This document shows positions 7,524-16,376 of a DNA stretch of 28,144 bases, one piece after another. This stretch comes from a bacterium. GTDB taxonomy: Bacteria; Oederibacteriota; PGYV01; Palsa-1178. The stretch spans positions 1 through 28,144 of the forward strand of contig JBAXIL010000021.1 of the NCBI GenBank assembly GCA_037138355.1, read 5' to 3'. The first letter of the stretch is position 1. Each line of letters opens with the position of its first letter. The notes under the pieces are model-generated. The model searched no databases. It worked only from the letters and a program-made list of their open reading frames with translations, and was not told the DNA's origin. The translations under genes and the position numbers were made by a program.

Positions 7524-9464
7524 CTAAAATTGTATGGGTTTTACAATCCTTGTTTTAAAGAACTTTTCTATATCATTGACTTCCGTCGTGACTTTTGCTT
7601 CTGGTAAAGACTTTACAAATAATTTACCATAAGGTTTTCCCGTTATTCTGCTATCTAATATAGCAACCACGCCATAATCTTCCTTTGAGCGTATCAACCT
7701 TCCAAATCCTTGTTTGAGCATGAAAATTGCTCTTGGTAGTGCTATTTCTGCAAAATCATTTCCACCTTCATCTGTGACATGATTATATATGGCCTTTTGC
7801 ATAGGATGTTCTGGCACTTCAAAAGGCAGGCGAGTTATAATGACGCATTTCAGTGCTTCTCCTTTTATATCTATACCCTGCCAAAATGTAGATGTAGCAA
7901 AGAGAACAGAAGGTTCTTTTTTGAATTCCTTCACGAGTTCCATAGGCGAAGCCTGCCCCTGTAAAAACATAGGTATATTTTCTATTTTTTTAGATATTTC
8001 TTTATGCAATTTTTTCATAAGGTCAATAGAAGTAAAAAGAACAAATACTCCCCCGCCTGTCATTTTTATTATTTGTTCCACCCGCTCTGTGAGTTTTTCT
8101 TTAAAGTCATCTGCTTGAGGTACTGGCAAGGTTTTTTCAAGATATAATAAAGCATTATTTTGATAATCAAAAGGCGACTTTAAAAGCCCTGTTATCGCAT
8201 CATCTAAGCCAAACTGCTTGACCATATAATTAAAGTTTTCACCTGCAGAAAGAGTTGCCGAGGTAAATACCACGCAATCATAATTATATCTGACATATTC
8301 TTCGAAATCTTTTTTGAGCTCATACGGAGTTACATACAAGACAGTGTCTTTATCTTTATTTATTTCCGCCCAATAAAAATATGCGCTGCTTTTCTTTTTG
8401 AGCCACATTTCAAGTACTTCTGCTTGTTCGTTGACTTCTTGCAACAGGTATTCAGTATATTTTTTTCTGCCCTTATCATCCTCTTCTTTTATTGATTCAT
8501 TAAGTTCATATATGACTCCTGATAGTCCTGCCCTTATTTCAAGATATGCATTTACATCTGCTGAATTATGATTTAATAATGCTGTACCTGTTTTTAAAAG
8601 TGATAATTCCTGATGTATATCTTTTATAAATTGTTCAAATTCATGTTTAGCCGCTTTTATTTGTGCTCTTCTCTCTTTATAATCATTTTTTGTATTCTTC
8701 TTTTTGAACTTCAAAAACTCTTCAAGCTCCTGCAAAAGTTCCAAATATCCAAAAAATGATATTCTCTTTGAAAACATATCTCTCATAGTGTCTTCCAATT
8801 TATGTGCTTCATCAAAAACTACTGCATTAGATTCTGGAAGAAGTTTTTTATTGACCATTAAATCAGAAAAAAATAAGTGATGATTAACAACTATTATATG
8901 TGCCTTACGCAACTTATGTCTTATCGTCCAATAATAGCATTTTCTATAATGTATACATGCTTCTTCCTGACAGAGTGGCTTTTGTCTGTTTATATTCTGC
9001 CACACTTCATTTGGTATATGGAACTTCGTGTTTTCTCGCAGTCCTTCACCTTCTTTTATAAAGTGCATCATGTCCGTCACTTCTAAAGCATTGATAAAAA
9101 GCGAGCCCTTGCTTTTAAACTCTTTCATTCGCCTTGCACAGACATAGTTAGCAGCACCAAATATTATTTCGTATTTTAAATCAGGAAATATCTGTGTAAC
9201 AAGAGGAAGGTCTTTTTTATATATTTGACTTTGAAGGGCTTTGGAATAAGTAGAAATAATTACTCGTTTTTTATTTGCGAGGGCGTATTGTGCCATAGGG
9301 ATTAGATAAGCCAGAGTTTTACCAACACCTGTTCCAGCTTCTACAATCAGACAGTCATTGTTAATCAAAGCCAGCTTCACTGCTTCTGCCATTTGTACCT
9401 GTTCTGGTCGGTCTTCGTAACCGTCTATTAGCCCAGGAATATCTTCTGTAAAATATTTTTTCAC
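7524..9464 (-). CDS. dinG: ATP-dependent DNA helicase, DinG/YoaA family (Fe-S type)
   Basis: Q motif RPEQVQM, Walker A EAGTGVGKT, Fe-S cysteines (NYVC...CQEEACIHYRKC), DEAH, TSATL and QGFGRLIRS. Start placed at GTG 9464, a GTGA overlap with the upstream stop; the ORF track uses TTG 9467. Confidence 0.93.
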   Translation of the reverse strand: MKKYFTEDIPGLIDGYEDRPEQVQMAEAVKLALINNDCLIVEAGTGVGKTLAYLIPMAQYALANKKRVIISTYSKALQSQIYKKDLPLVTQIFPDLKYEIIFGAANYVCARRMKEFKSKGSLFINALEVTDMMHFIKEGEGLRENTKFHIPNEVWQNINRQKPLCQEEACIHYRKCYYWTIRHKLRKAHIIVVNHHLFFSDLMVNKKLLPESNAVVFDEAHKLEDTMRDMFSKRISFFGYLELLQELEEFLKFKKKNTKNDYKERRAQIKAAKHEFEQFIKDIHQELSLLKTGTALLNHNSADVNAYLEIRAGLSGVIYELNESIKEEDDKGRKKYTEYLLQEVNEQAEVLEMWLKKKSSAYFYWAEINKDKDTVLYVTPYELKKDFEEYVRYNYDCVVFTSATLSAGENFNYMVKQFGLDDAITGLLKSPFDYQNNALLYLEKTLPVPQADDFKEKLTERVEQIIKMTGGGVFVLFTSIDLMKKLHKEISKKIENIPMFLQGQASPMELVKEFKKEPSVLFATSTFWQGIDIKGEALKCVIITRLPFEVPEHPMQKAIYNHVTDEGGNDFAEIALPRAIFMLKQGFGRLIRSKEDYGVVAILDSRITGKPYGKLFVKSLPEAKVTTEVNDIEKFFKTRIVKPIQF

Positions 9465-10225
9465 CAATCTTTTTCCTTGCTATTACTCTTTTGAGGCGCT
9501 TGCTGTACCTCATTTGGATTCATCATTTGCCTCATCATATAATTGTGTATCTCTTGTGGAGACATATTAAACACATTTTGAAAATCATTTTGTTGCTGAT
9601 TTTTGTTATTTTGCTTTCCAAAATAACTTTTATATTCTTTCTCTGACTTTTGCGTCATATTCATTAAGGCCTGTACTTCATCAGCAGACATACCTAATTG
9701 TTTTTGTGGGTCAGCTGGTGCTTCTGCTTTTTTCTGTCCTTGTCCGGCTCCACTATTTTGCTGAGTTTGACCTGCTTGCTGGTTTTTTTGTTCCTGTCCC
9801 TTACCATTTTTGCCTTTACTCTCTTGCCCTTTTCCTTGCTGGTCTTTGCTATCTTTCCCATCTTTTCCTTTATCTTGTTTATTATCTTTTTTATCCTTAT
9901 TTTCGTCCTTTTGCTTTATTTTTTTTTCTGTGAGTTGTATATTTATTTTTGTATCTTCATCTTTAGGATTTAATTCCTGTGCTTTATTATACATTTTAAG
10001 TGCATTTTCATATTGTTCCTGCCTGTATAAAGCATTACCCGCATTGTAGTAACCTTCAAAATAATTTGGTTTATTTTTTATGAATTGAGCATATCCATCC
10101 ATGGCTTTAGCATAATCGCCTTGCAAATAATTAGCATTACCATCCTTAAATGAATTATTAGCAATGGCAAATACAGGAAGCAAGCACAAAAGTATGGAAG
10201 CTTTGATTAGTTTCATGATTTTCAT
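9461..10225 (-). CDS. Secreted TPR protein, BatC-like
   Basis: Signal peptide, TPRs (YYNAGNALYRQEQYENALKMYNKAQELNP), K/D/Q/G low-complexity linker, MSADEVQALM helix and a C-terminal EKDW as seen in BatC-type proteins. Confidence 0.75.
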   Translation of the reverse strand: MKIMKLIKASILLCLLPVFAIANNSFKDGNANYLQGDYAKAMDGYAQFIKNKPNYFEGYYNAGNALYRQEQYENALKMYNKAQELNPKDEDTKINIQLTEKKIKQKDENKDKKDNKQDKGKDGKDSKDQQGKGQESKGKNGKGQEQKNQQAGQTQQNSGAGQGQKKAEAPADPQKQLGMSADEVQALMNMTQKSEKEYKSYFGKQNNKNQQQNDFQNVFNMSPQEIHNYMMRQMMNPNEVQQAPQKSNSKEKDW

Positions 10226-10257
10226 AACATCACCGTTTAGTAAGATTTAGTGTGTTA

Positions 10258-10286
10258 ATTATAATTGATTATTTTATGATTTTCAA
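10258..10286 (-). promoter_or_regulatory. Candidate sigma70 promoter for the TPR-dinG pair
   Basis: Minus strand TTGAAA (10286-10281), 17 bp spacer, TATAAT (10263-10258). Confidence 0.6.
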
Positions 10287-10321
10287 GTGGTTTAAGTTTA
10301 GTTTTTTATTGTTTATTCTTA

Positions 10322-11467
10322 CTATCCCACTGTTTTCTTAAACTGTTTTATTGCTATAGTAAAGGCAATCAAACCATATACAGTGAGTGCGAAAGTTTGT
10401 GGCAAAAGTTCCATAAATCCAAGGTTTTTTAGAAAAATTCCACGAACTATCACAAGATAATATCTCATAGGAATAAGGTATGTCACCCACTGTAAAACCT
10501 CAGGCATATTTTTTATAGGAAATATAAAGCCTGAAAGCAATATATTTGGCATCATAAAAAATATTGAAGTGAGCATGGCTTGTTGCTGTGTTGCTGAAAT
10601 AGTGGAAATAAGTATTCCTATCCCCAAATTAGTTAAAATCATAATTAGAGAGAGTGAAATCAGCAATAAATAATTACCAGCAAAATCTATATTGAATATT
10701 AATAAAGACACTATTATTATCAGTATAATATCCAACAAGGCAATAAAGATATAAGGAAATATTTTTCCGATTATTATCTGCCATGGTTTGATTGGAGTCA
10801 CCAGCATTTGTTCTATGTTCCCTGATTCTTTTTCCCTGACAAGCGACAACGCTGTAATTACAAGTGTAACTATAGTTACTATCATAGCAATGACACCAGG
10901 AACCATAGTGTTTGCACTTTTAAGTTCTGGATTATACCAAATCCTATCTTCCATAACTAAAGAAGGCAGAGGTCCTATAATATTTTTCATTATTGCCATT
11001 TTCTTTTCATATATTAACTCCGAGAATCCGCGAACTATTAAAACCGCTCTGGTCATAGATATTCCGGCACTATTTGAATCGGAGCCATCCACTATAAGCT
11101 GTACTTGTGTCTTTTTGCCTTTTTCTATATCTTTAGAAAAATCTTTTGGAATGCGAATACATATTTTTACTTTATTAGAGCCAAACTCTTTTTTTATATT
11201 TTCAGGCGTTTTGGAAACATTTACGACTGTAAAATATTCGCTATTGAAAAACTTATCAGCCAAGCTTCTGCTCATAACCGACGAGTCCTCGTCGCAAATC
11301 ATTGTTTTTACATGTGTGATATCAGTAACAGCCACAAATCCAAAAATAATTGCTTGTACTATGGGCACAATAATTAAAAACCGGCCAATACCAGTACGCT
11401 TGATTTCGATAAGCTCTTTTTTTATTATATGAATAATCTGACTTAAAGCAGTAGGAACTTTATACAT
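10322..11467 (-). CDS. ABC-2 type exporter permease (YbhR-like)
   Basis: VQLIVDGSDSN, WYNPEL, LVREKESGNIEQMLVTP and LSGFIFPIKNMP motifs. Confidence 0.93.
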   Translation of the reverse strand: MYKVPTALSQIIHIIKKELIEIKRTGIGRFLIIVPIVQAIIFGFVAVTDITHVKTMICDEDSSVMSRSLADKFFNSEYFTVVNVSKTPENIKKEFGSNKVKICIRIPKDFSKDIEKGKKTQVQLIVDGSDSNSAGISMTRAVLIVRGFSELIYEKKMAIMKNIIGPLPSLVMEDRIWYNPELKSANTMVPGVIAMIVTIVTLVITALSLVREKESGNIEQMLVTPIKPWQIIIGKIFPYIFIALLDIILIIIVSLLIFNIDFAGNYLLLISLSLIMILTNLGIGILISTISATQQQAMLTSIFFMMPNILLSGFIFPIKNMPEVLQWVTYLIPMRYYLVIVRGIFLKNLGFMELLPQTFALTVYGLIAFTIAIKQFKKTVG

Positions 11468-11495
11468 TTATACCTTCTTTCTTTGATAAATTACA

Positions 11496-12659
11496 TCAAC
11501 CCAAATCTTTCTTAAATTTTGTTGCTGAAATAAGTAAAAATAACATTCCGAAAAAAAATAAAAACCATGCTTCTCCCCATAATACAGACATACCAGTATC
11601 TGCTTTTAAAAATATGGTTCGTAGTGCCGTTATAAAATATCTTGCAGGAAATATATAGGTAATTAACCTTATTATCCAAGGCATAGAGTCTATAGGAAAC
11701 ATAAATCCAGAAAGGAGTATAGAAGGCAAAAGTGTAGAAAAAGAAGTCACTATCACTGCCATTTGCTGACTTGAGGAAATGCTTGAAATAAACAATCCAA
11801 GCCCAAGTGCACAAAATAAGAATAAAAACGAAAATACTACAAGCGTAAAATAATTTCCCTGAAATGGCAACTTAAACCATAATATCCCTACAATAACTAT
11901 TTCCGCAACATCTATCAAACATATAACAATATATGGGGTTATTTTCCCTATCATAAGTTCAAGAGGTTTTATTGGAGTTGATATTAGCTGTTCAAAGGTT
12001 CCTTTTTCCTTTTCTCCTACCACAGTTAAAGAAGTGAGCAAAGCTGCAATCAACATCATTATTATGGCTATCAAACCTGGAATAATAAAATTAGAACTTT
12101 TTAATTCCTGGTTATACCACACTCTCGGCACACTCTCTACCATAGGTATGGTTTTAGGATTAAACCCCCTACTTTTTACTTCATCTAAAAGTATATCTCT
12201 CGACACGCTTGCAATTATCATGTTGGCATAACCTAAAGCAACATTAGTTGTAGTCGGATCCGAACCATCGCCTATCACTTGTACTTTTGCCATTTGATTC
12301 TTTTTTACAGCTTTTTCTAAACCTAAAGGCAGAGTTACTATTAATTTAACTTTATTTATTCTTATAGCTTCAATACTTTTAGACATATTATTTTCTGCTG
12401 GTTTATACATTTGAAAATAACCTGAAGCTGTAAACTTGCTTGTGATTAGCCTACTAAGTACAGTCCTATCATAATCAACTACTGAGAAGTCCAACTTATT
12501 GATATCAAAAGTGATTGCATAACTATATAAAAAAATAAGCAGAACTGGAGCAATAAGTACGATAGCAAGAGATCTGGCATCTCTGATAATATGAAGAAAC
12601 TCTTTTTTGAATACTGGTATTATTCTCTTGAAGTTTAAACTTCCATGATCACTTGCCAC
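11496..12659 (-). CDS. ABC-2 type exporter permease (YbhS-like)
   Basis: KKEFLHIIRDARSL, DGSDP, WYNQEL, EKEKGTFEQLISTP and LSGFMFPIDSMP motifs. Probable start is GTG 12659 overlapping the end of the ATPase gene, rather than the ORF-track start at 12716. Confidence 0.92.
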   Translation of the reverse strand: MASDHGSLNFKRIIPVFKKEFLHIIRDARSLAIVLIAPVLLIFLYSYAITFDINKLDFSVVDYDRTVLSRLITSKFTASGYFQMYKPAENNMSKSIEAIRINKVKLIVTLPLGLEKAVKKNQMAKVQVIGDGSDPTTTNVALGYANMIIASVSRDILLDEVKSRGFNPKTIPMVESVPRVWYNQELKSSNFIIPGLIAIIMMLIAALLTSLTVVGEKEKGTFEQLISTPIKPLELMIGKITPYIVICLIDVAEIVIVGILWFKLPFQGNYFTLVVFSFLFLFCALGLGLFISSISSSQQMAVIVTSFSTLLPSILLSGFMFPIDSMPWIIRLITYIFPARYFITALRTIFLKADTGMSVLWGEAWFLFFFGMLFLLISATKFKKDLG

Positions 12660-13593
12660 TTGCTTCACTTCCTTTAACAAGATTAACAAATACATCTTCC
12701 ATAGTTGGTTCCACATTTTCAGGTTTTATAAACTTTATTCCAGCAGCTTTCAGTACATTAGTTATAATTGCTATAGATTTTTCAGCTGAATCCTTTGGTA
12801 TAGCATGAATCAAAGCTCCGTGTATGGAAAGTTCGCCTATTTCATTTCTTTTATCAATTAAAAGTTTATATGCCAACACAGGTGCTTCAGTTTCAATTTC
12901 TATAATTGGTTTTTTAAATACTGTGGCTTTGATATCGTGTATGGTGCCTTCTTTTATTATTTGGCCATTGTTCATAAGTGCTATTCTATTACAATGTTCT
13001 ACTTCATCCATATAATGAGTAGTCACAAATACTGTTACTCCTAATTTTGACAACATATCTATAATTTCCCAAAACCTACGCCTAAGCAAAGGATCCACTC
13101 CTGCAGTTGGTTCATCTAAAAAAACAATTTCTGGTTTATGAGCAATTGCGCAAGCCAAAGCCACTCTTTGTTTCAAGCCACCTGACATATCATTCACTAT
13201 TGTTTTATCAAGACCTTCAAGCTCCGTATATTTTAAAACTTCCGGAATACTTTTTTTTATGAATTCATTATCCATCCCATATAAACCTGCGTAGAAATCA
13301 ATATTTTCAGCAACGGTTAGATTTGGATAAAGAGAAAACTTCTGTGACATATAGCCAAGTCGTTTTTTTACTTCATCTGGTTCCTTCTTTACAGAAAAAC
13401 CAGCCACTATAGCATCTCCAGAAGTGGGTTCAAGTAACCCGCAAAGCATTCTTATGGTTGTAGTTTTACCAGCACCATTGGCGCCTAAAAATCCATATAT
13501 CTCTCCTTTTTTTACTTCAAAAGATATAGAATCCACCGCGATAAAATCACCGAAGGTTTTCTGTAGTTTTTCTGCTTTAACGCTTGTTGGCAT
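12649..13593 (-). CDS. ABC transporter ATP-binding protein (like the second YbhF domain)
   Basis: GANGAGKTT, MSGGLKQR, FLDEPTAGVDP and TTHYMDE motifs. Confidence 0.95.
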   Translation of the reverse strand: MPTSVKAEKLQKTFGDFIAVDSISFEVKKGEIYGFLGANGAGKTTTIRMLCGLLEPTSGDAIVAGFSVKKEPDEVKKRLGYMSQKFSLYPNLTVAENIDFYAGLYGMDNEFIKKSIPEVLKYTELEGLDKTIVNDMSGGLKQRVALACAIAHKPEIVFLDEPTAGVDPLLRRRFWEIIDMLSKLGVTVFVTTHYMDEVEHCNRIALMNNGQIIKEGTIHDIKATVFKKPIIEIETEAPVLAYKLLIDKRNEIGELSIHGALIHAIPKDSAEKSIAIITNVLKAAGIKFIKPENVEPTMEDVFVNLVKGSEASGK

Positions 13594-13632
13594 ATTCTTA
13601 ACTCCAGTTTTTTTCTATCATTTGCTTTGCCC

Positions 13633-13729
13633 GTCATTGCGAGGAGCGTGTTTTTCAGCGACGAAGCAATCTTAGCTTATGACAACGTAAGGCTCTAGAT
13701 TGCTTCGTCGCTTCGCTCCTCGCAATGAC
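13633..13729. repeat. 97-bp palindromic (REP/RPE-like) element
   Basis: Perfect 16-bp outer arms GTCATTGCGAGGAGCG (13633-13648) / CGCTCCTCGCAATGAC (13714-13729) and perfect 16-bp inner arms AGCGACGAAGCAATCT (13657-13672) / AGATTGCTTCGTCGCT (13697-13712). GC-rich against an AT-rich background. Confidence 0.92.
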
Positions 13730-13800
13730 AAGTTGTTTTTTTAATAATCCAGCACTCTATTTTAACTATCTTGCTTTTCAAAATAACAATAAAACTTTTT

Positions 13801-14703
13801 TTATTGTTTAATCTTCTCCACAAAAACATCCTCCACAGAAGCGGCGATGCGTCTTATGGTAACTTCATTACAAAGTTTCAAACAAAAATCATCAGCCGCA
13901 ACCTCATCTTTTAATATCACATGAAACCTTTCACCCAACTGCTGCCAATCTTTTATATAATTACTTTTTTTAATAGTATTTATGACGAGTTCTTCTTTGC
14001 CAGTAGTTATAATTTCTACAACAACACCTTTTAAATTTTTTCTCATGTTTTTCGGGGTGTCAATAAGTATTATTTTACCCTTAAACATAAGCCCTATTCT
14101 CGAACACTGTTCTGCTTCATCCATATATGGCGTACTAACTACTATAGTCACACCCTCTGAATGTATACTTTGCAATATCTCCCAGAACTCCCTGCGCGAA
14201 ACTGGATCTACACCTGTAGTAGGTTCATCAAGAAAAAGTATTTCTGGTCTATGTATAAGAGTGCATATCAAAGCAAGTTTTTGTTTCATACCACCTGAAA
14301 GTTTCCCAGCAAGTCTGTCTTTGAATGGTTCCAACCTTGTCATTTTTAGTAAAGGTCCTAATCTTTCATTGAGTGTTTTTTTATCTATTCCATATATATC
14401 AGCAAAAAATGAAATATTTTCATTGATTGTGAGATCAGTGTATAAACTAAATTTTTGGCACATATAACCGATTTTTTCTTTTACTGCTTCAGCTGCTTTA
14501 GGCATTTGCTTTCCAAGGACATTTACAAGCCCGCCACCAGGCAACATAATGCCGCTTAAGATACGAAGTGTGGTAGTTTTGCCAGCACCATCTGGTCCGA
14601 TTAAGCCAAATATCTCCCCGCGTTCCACGGAAAAATTAAGTCCGGCAACGGCTTTAACATCTTTAAATTTTTTTTCAAGGTCTTTCACTTCAATCACATT
14701 CAT
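13801..14703 (-). CDS. ABC transporter ATP-binding protein (like the first YbhF domain)
   Basis: GPDGAGKTT, LSGGMKQKL, FLDEPTTGVDPVSRREFW and STPYMDEAE, which has the H-loop His-to-Pro variant typical of the first YbhF-like domain. Confidence 0.95.
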   Translation of the reverse strand: MNVIEVKDLEKKFKDVKAVAGLNFSVERGEIFGLIGPDGAGKTTTLRILSGIMLPGGGLVNVLGKQMPKAAEAVKEKIGYMCQKFSLYTDLTINENISFFADIYGIDKKTLNERLGPLLKMTRLEPFKDRLAGKLSGGMKQKLALICTLIHRPEILFLDEPTTGVDPVSRREFWEILQSIHSEGVTIVVSTPYMDEAEQCSRIGLMFKGKIILIDTPKNMRKNLKGVVVEIITTGKEELVINTIKKSNYIKDWQQLGERFHVILKDEVAADDFCLKLCNEVTIRRIAASVEDVFVEKIKQ

Positions 14704-14729
14704 AGGAATCCTTTAGCTTTCAGAATTAT

Positions 14730-15527
14730 TTACTCCACCGCTATATGTACATCTGCAGGTATTCCAGGTTTTAGTATATGTTCTGGATTAGGAACAGTGA
14801 CTTCTATTTCAAACACTTCTTTTATTCTTTCATCTTTTGTCTGCACATTTTTTGGAGTAAACTCTGCTTGACTTGATATAAATGTTATTTTTCCTATAAA
14901 TTCTTTTTTATCTAAAGCATCAATTTTAACTTTTACTTGCGCTCCATATTTAATTACTTCCATTTCTTTTAAAGGTAAATATATGGTAACTTTTGCAGTT
15001 CCTAAATCACCCAAAGTAAAGAGTGGAGAATTTGCAGTTACAAGCTCTCCAACTTCCACATATTTTTTCAGTATCACTCCATCCCAAGGAGCTATAGCTT
15101 TTGCTTCATCTATCATTACCTGTGCCTGTTTTAACTGAGACGAAGCGCTAATGAAGTTTGCCTTTGCCTGATCAAACTGCTGCTGTGATATAGAACTTGC
15201 TTTGAACATATTCCTTGTTCTATTATAAAAATCCGAAGCATTTTTATAAACTGCCGCGGCTGCATCTCTTTGTGCCGACACTATGGAATCATCAAGCGTT
15301 GCTAATAATTGACCTTTTACAACTGTTTCACCTTCTTCTGTATTTAATGACACCACTCTGCTTGATATTCTGGAAGCTATATCCACTTCCTTAACTTCCA
15401 CAGTTCCTGAAGCTATGATTCCCTTATCCACAATAAACATTTTAGGAACTAACCATATTCCAAGTATAGTAATTATTACAATACCTGCAATTACTGGTCT
15501 TAACTTTTTAAGCTTTTCAGTGTTCAT
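14730..15527 (-). CDS. HlyD-family periplasmic adaptor (YbhG-like)
   Basis: N-terminal TM anchor, ASGTVE, APWDGVIL and FISSQAEFTPKNVQTKDER...LKPGIPADV. ATG 15527 has a GGAGGG SD and is preferred over the ORF-track start at 15563. Confidence 0.93.
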   Translation of the reverse strand: MNTEKLKKLRPVIAGIVIITILGIWLVPKMFIVDKGIIASGTVEVKEVDIASRISSRVVSLNTEEGETVVKGQLLATLDDSIVSAQRDAAAAVYKNASDFYNRTRNMFKASSISQQQFDQAKANFISASSQLKQAQVMIDEAKAIAPWDGVILKKYVEVGELVTANSPLFTLGDLGTAKVTIYLPLKEMEVIKYGAQVKVKIDALDKKEFIGKITFISSQAEFTPKNVQTKDERIKEVFEIEVTVPNPEHILKPGIPADVHIAVE

Positions 15528-15577
15528 GTCACCCTCCAAATTAATTTTTATTCTGTCTGTCAAATGTAATTCATATT

Positions 15578-16225
15578 TTATTCTTTTCTTATACCGTTCA
15601 TAGTAAGATCTATTATGAATTTTTTTCTATCTTTAATAAATTTACTTACAATTAATTTATCAAACCCAGCGCCACCTATTATTTTCTCAATAACTCCTTT
15701 TGCAAGAAAAATAGGTGCTATTTGAGAAATAATGCTTATTATCAAATGAAATACATTTACCTTCTTTATGTTTCCCTGCTTCATTTGTTCTTTAAAATAT
15801 TTATATAGAGTTCCATTGATTGGATTAAATGGTATTTCCTTAATTCTTGGGATAATGATTTTCTTAAGCTTATCCCCTCCCCTTAACACTTCTGACAATA
15901 CAAACCTAAAATACCCACTATAGTCAGTAAACAAGCTTATATAAACATCCATAATCTGTTCCATTTTTTTCTCAATTTCCACTGGTTCGTCACTTATACC
16001 GTTTAACTTGTCTATTAATAAAGTGACTACTTTTGCGAGTGCTTCTTCATACATTCTCTCTTTATTACTAAAATAGTAATGTAATAAGGCCTTATTTACC
16101 TTTGCCTTATTGGCTATTCTTTGAGTCCGCGCACCATAATAGCCAAACTCCACAAACTCATCCATAGCTGCTATTAATATTTTGTCTTTGCTATTGTTAT
16201 CATCTGTTTTATTTGTATTTTTCAT
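15578..16225 (-). CDS. TetR/AcrR family transcriptional regulator
   Basis: KDKILIAAMDEFVEFGYYGARTQRIANKAKVNKALLHYYFSNKERMY is a TetR helix-turn-helix. First gene of the exporter operon. Confidence 0.95.
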   Translation of the reverse strand: MKNTNKTDDNNSKDKILIAAMDEFVEFGYYGARTQRIANKAKVNKALLHYYFSNKERMYEEALAKVVTLLIDKLNGISDEPVEIEKKMEQIMDVYISLFTDYSGYFRFVLSEVLRGGDKLKKIIIPRIKEIPFNPINGTLYKYFKEQMKQGNIKKVNVFHLIISIISQIAPIFLAKGVIEKIIGGAGFDKLIVSKFIKDRKKFIIDLTMNGIRKE

Positions 16226-16257
16226 TTTTGTCCCATGCCTATTTTTTAAGCTATTAT

Positions 16258-16275
16258 TTTAACCATTTGGTTAAA
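16258..16275. promoter_or_regulatory. Probable TetR operator (palindrome)
   Basis: TTTAACCA-TT-TGGTTAAA has perfect 8-bp arms and overlaps the -10 and predicted +1 of the tetR promoter. Confidence 0.7.
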
Positions 16276-16302
16276 TATATCACTCAAATAGGCTTTTGTC
16301 AA
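16274..16302 (-). promoter_or_regulatory. Sigma70 promoter of the tetR-exporter operon
   Basis: Minus strand TTGACA (16302-16297), 17 bp spacer, TATATT (16279-16274), with an extended -10 TGn. Confidence 0.75.
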
Positions 16303-16376
16303 ATTGTTTTTAGGTAAGGTTATGTTTACAATTTATTATAGAAGGTTAAGACTTATCAATAACTTAAAAATTACTA

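Noticed and set aside
7524..9467. DinG as part of a type IV CRISPR or other defence system
   Set aside because: No cas, csf or defence genes are nearby. The protein looks like an ordinary housekeeping Fe-S DinG/YoaA.
9700..9930. Low-complexity CTTT/TTTG-rich DNA as a repeat element
   Set aside because: It is explained by the K/D/Q/G-rich linker codons of the TPR protein.
10788..11432. 214-aa plus-strand ORF and the other plus-strand ORFs in the track (e.g. 13982-14467, 18073-18423, 21917-22267)
   Set aside because: They lie antisense to well-supported genes, have Ile/Ser/Phe-rich shadow composition and show no motifs.
12660..12716. ORF-track N-terminal extensions (permease start 12716; adaptor start 15563)
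   Set aside because: The first overlaps the ATPase gene by 68 bp and the second ignores a clear GGAGGG SD before ATG 15527. The downstream starts are more plausible.
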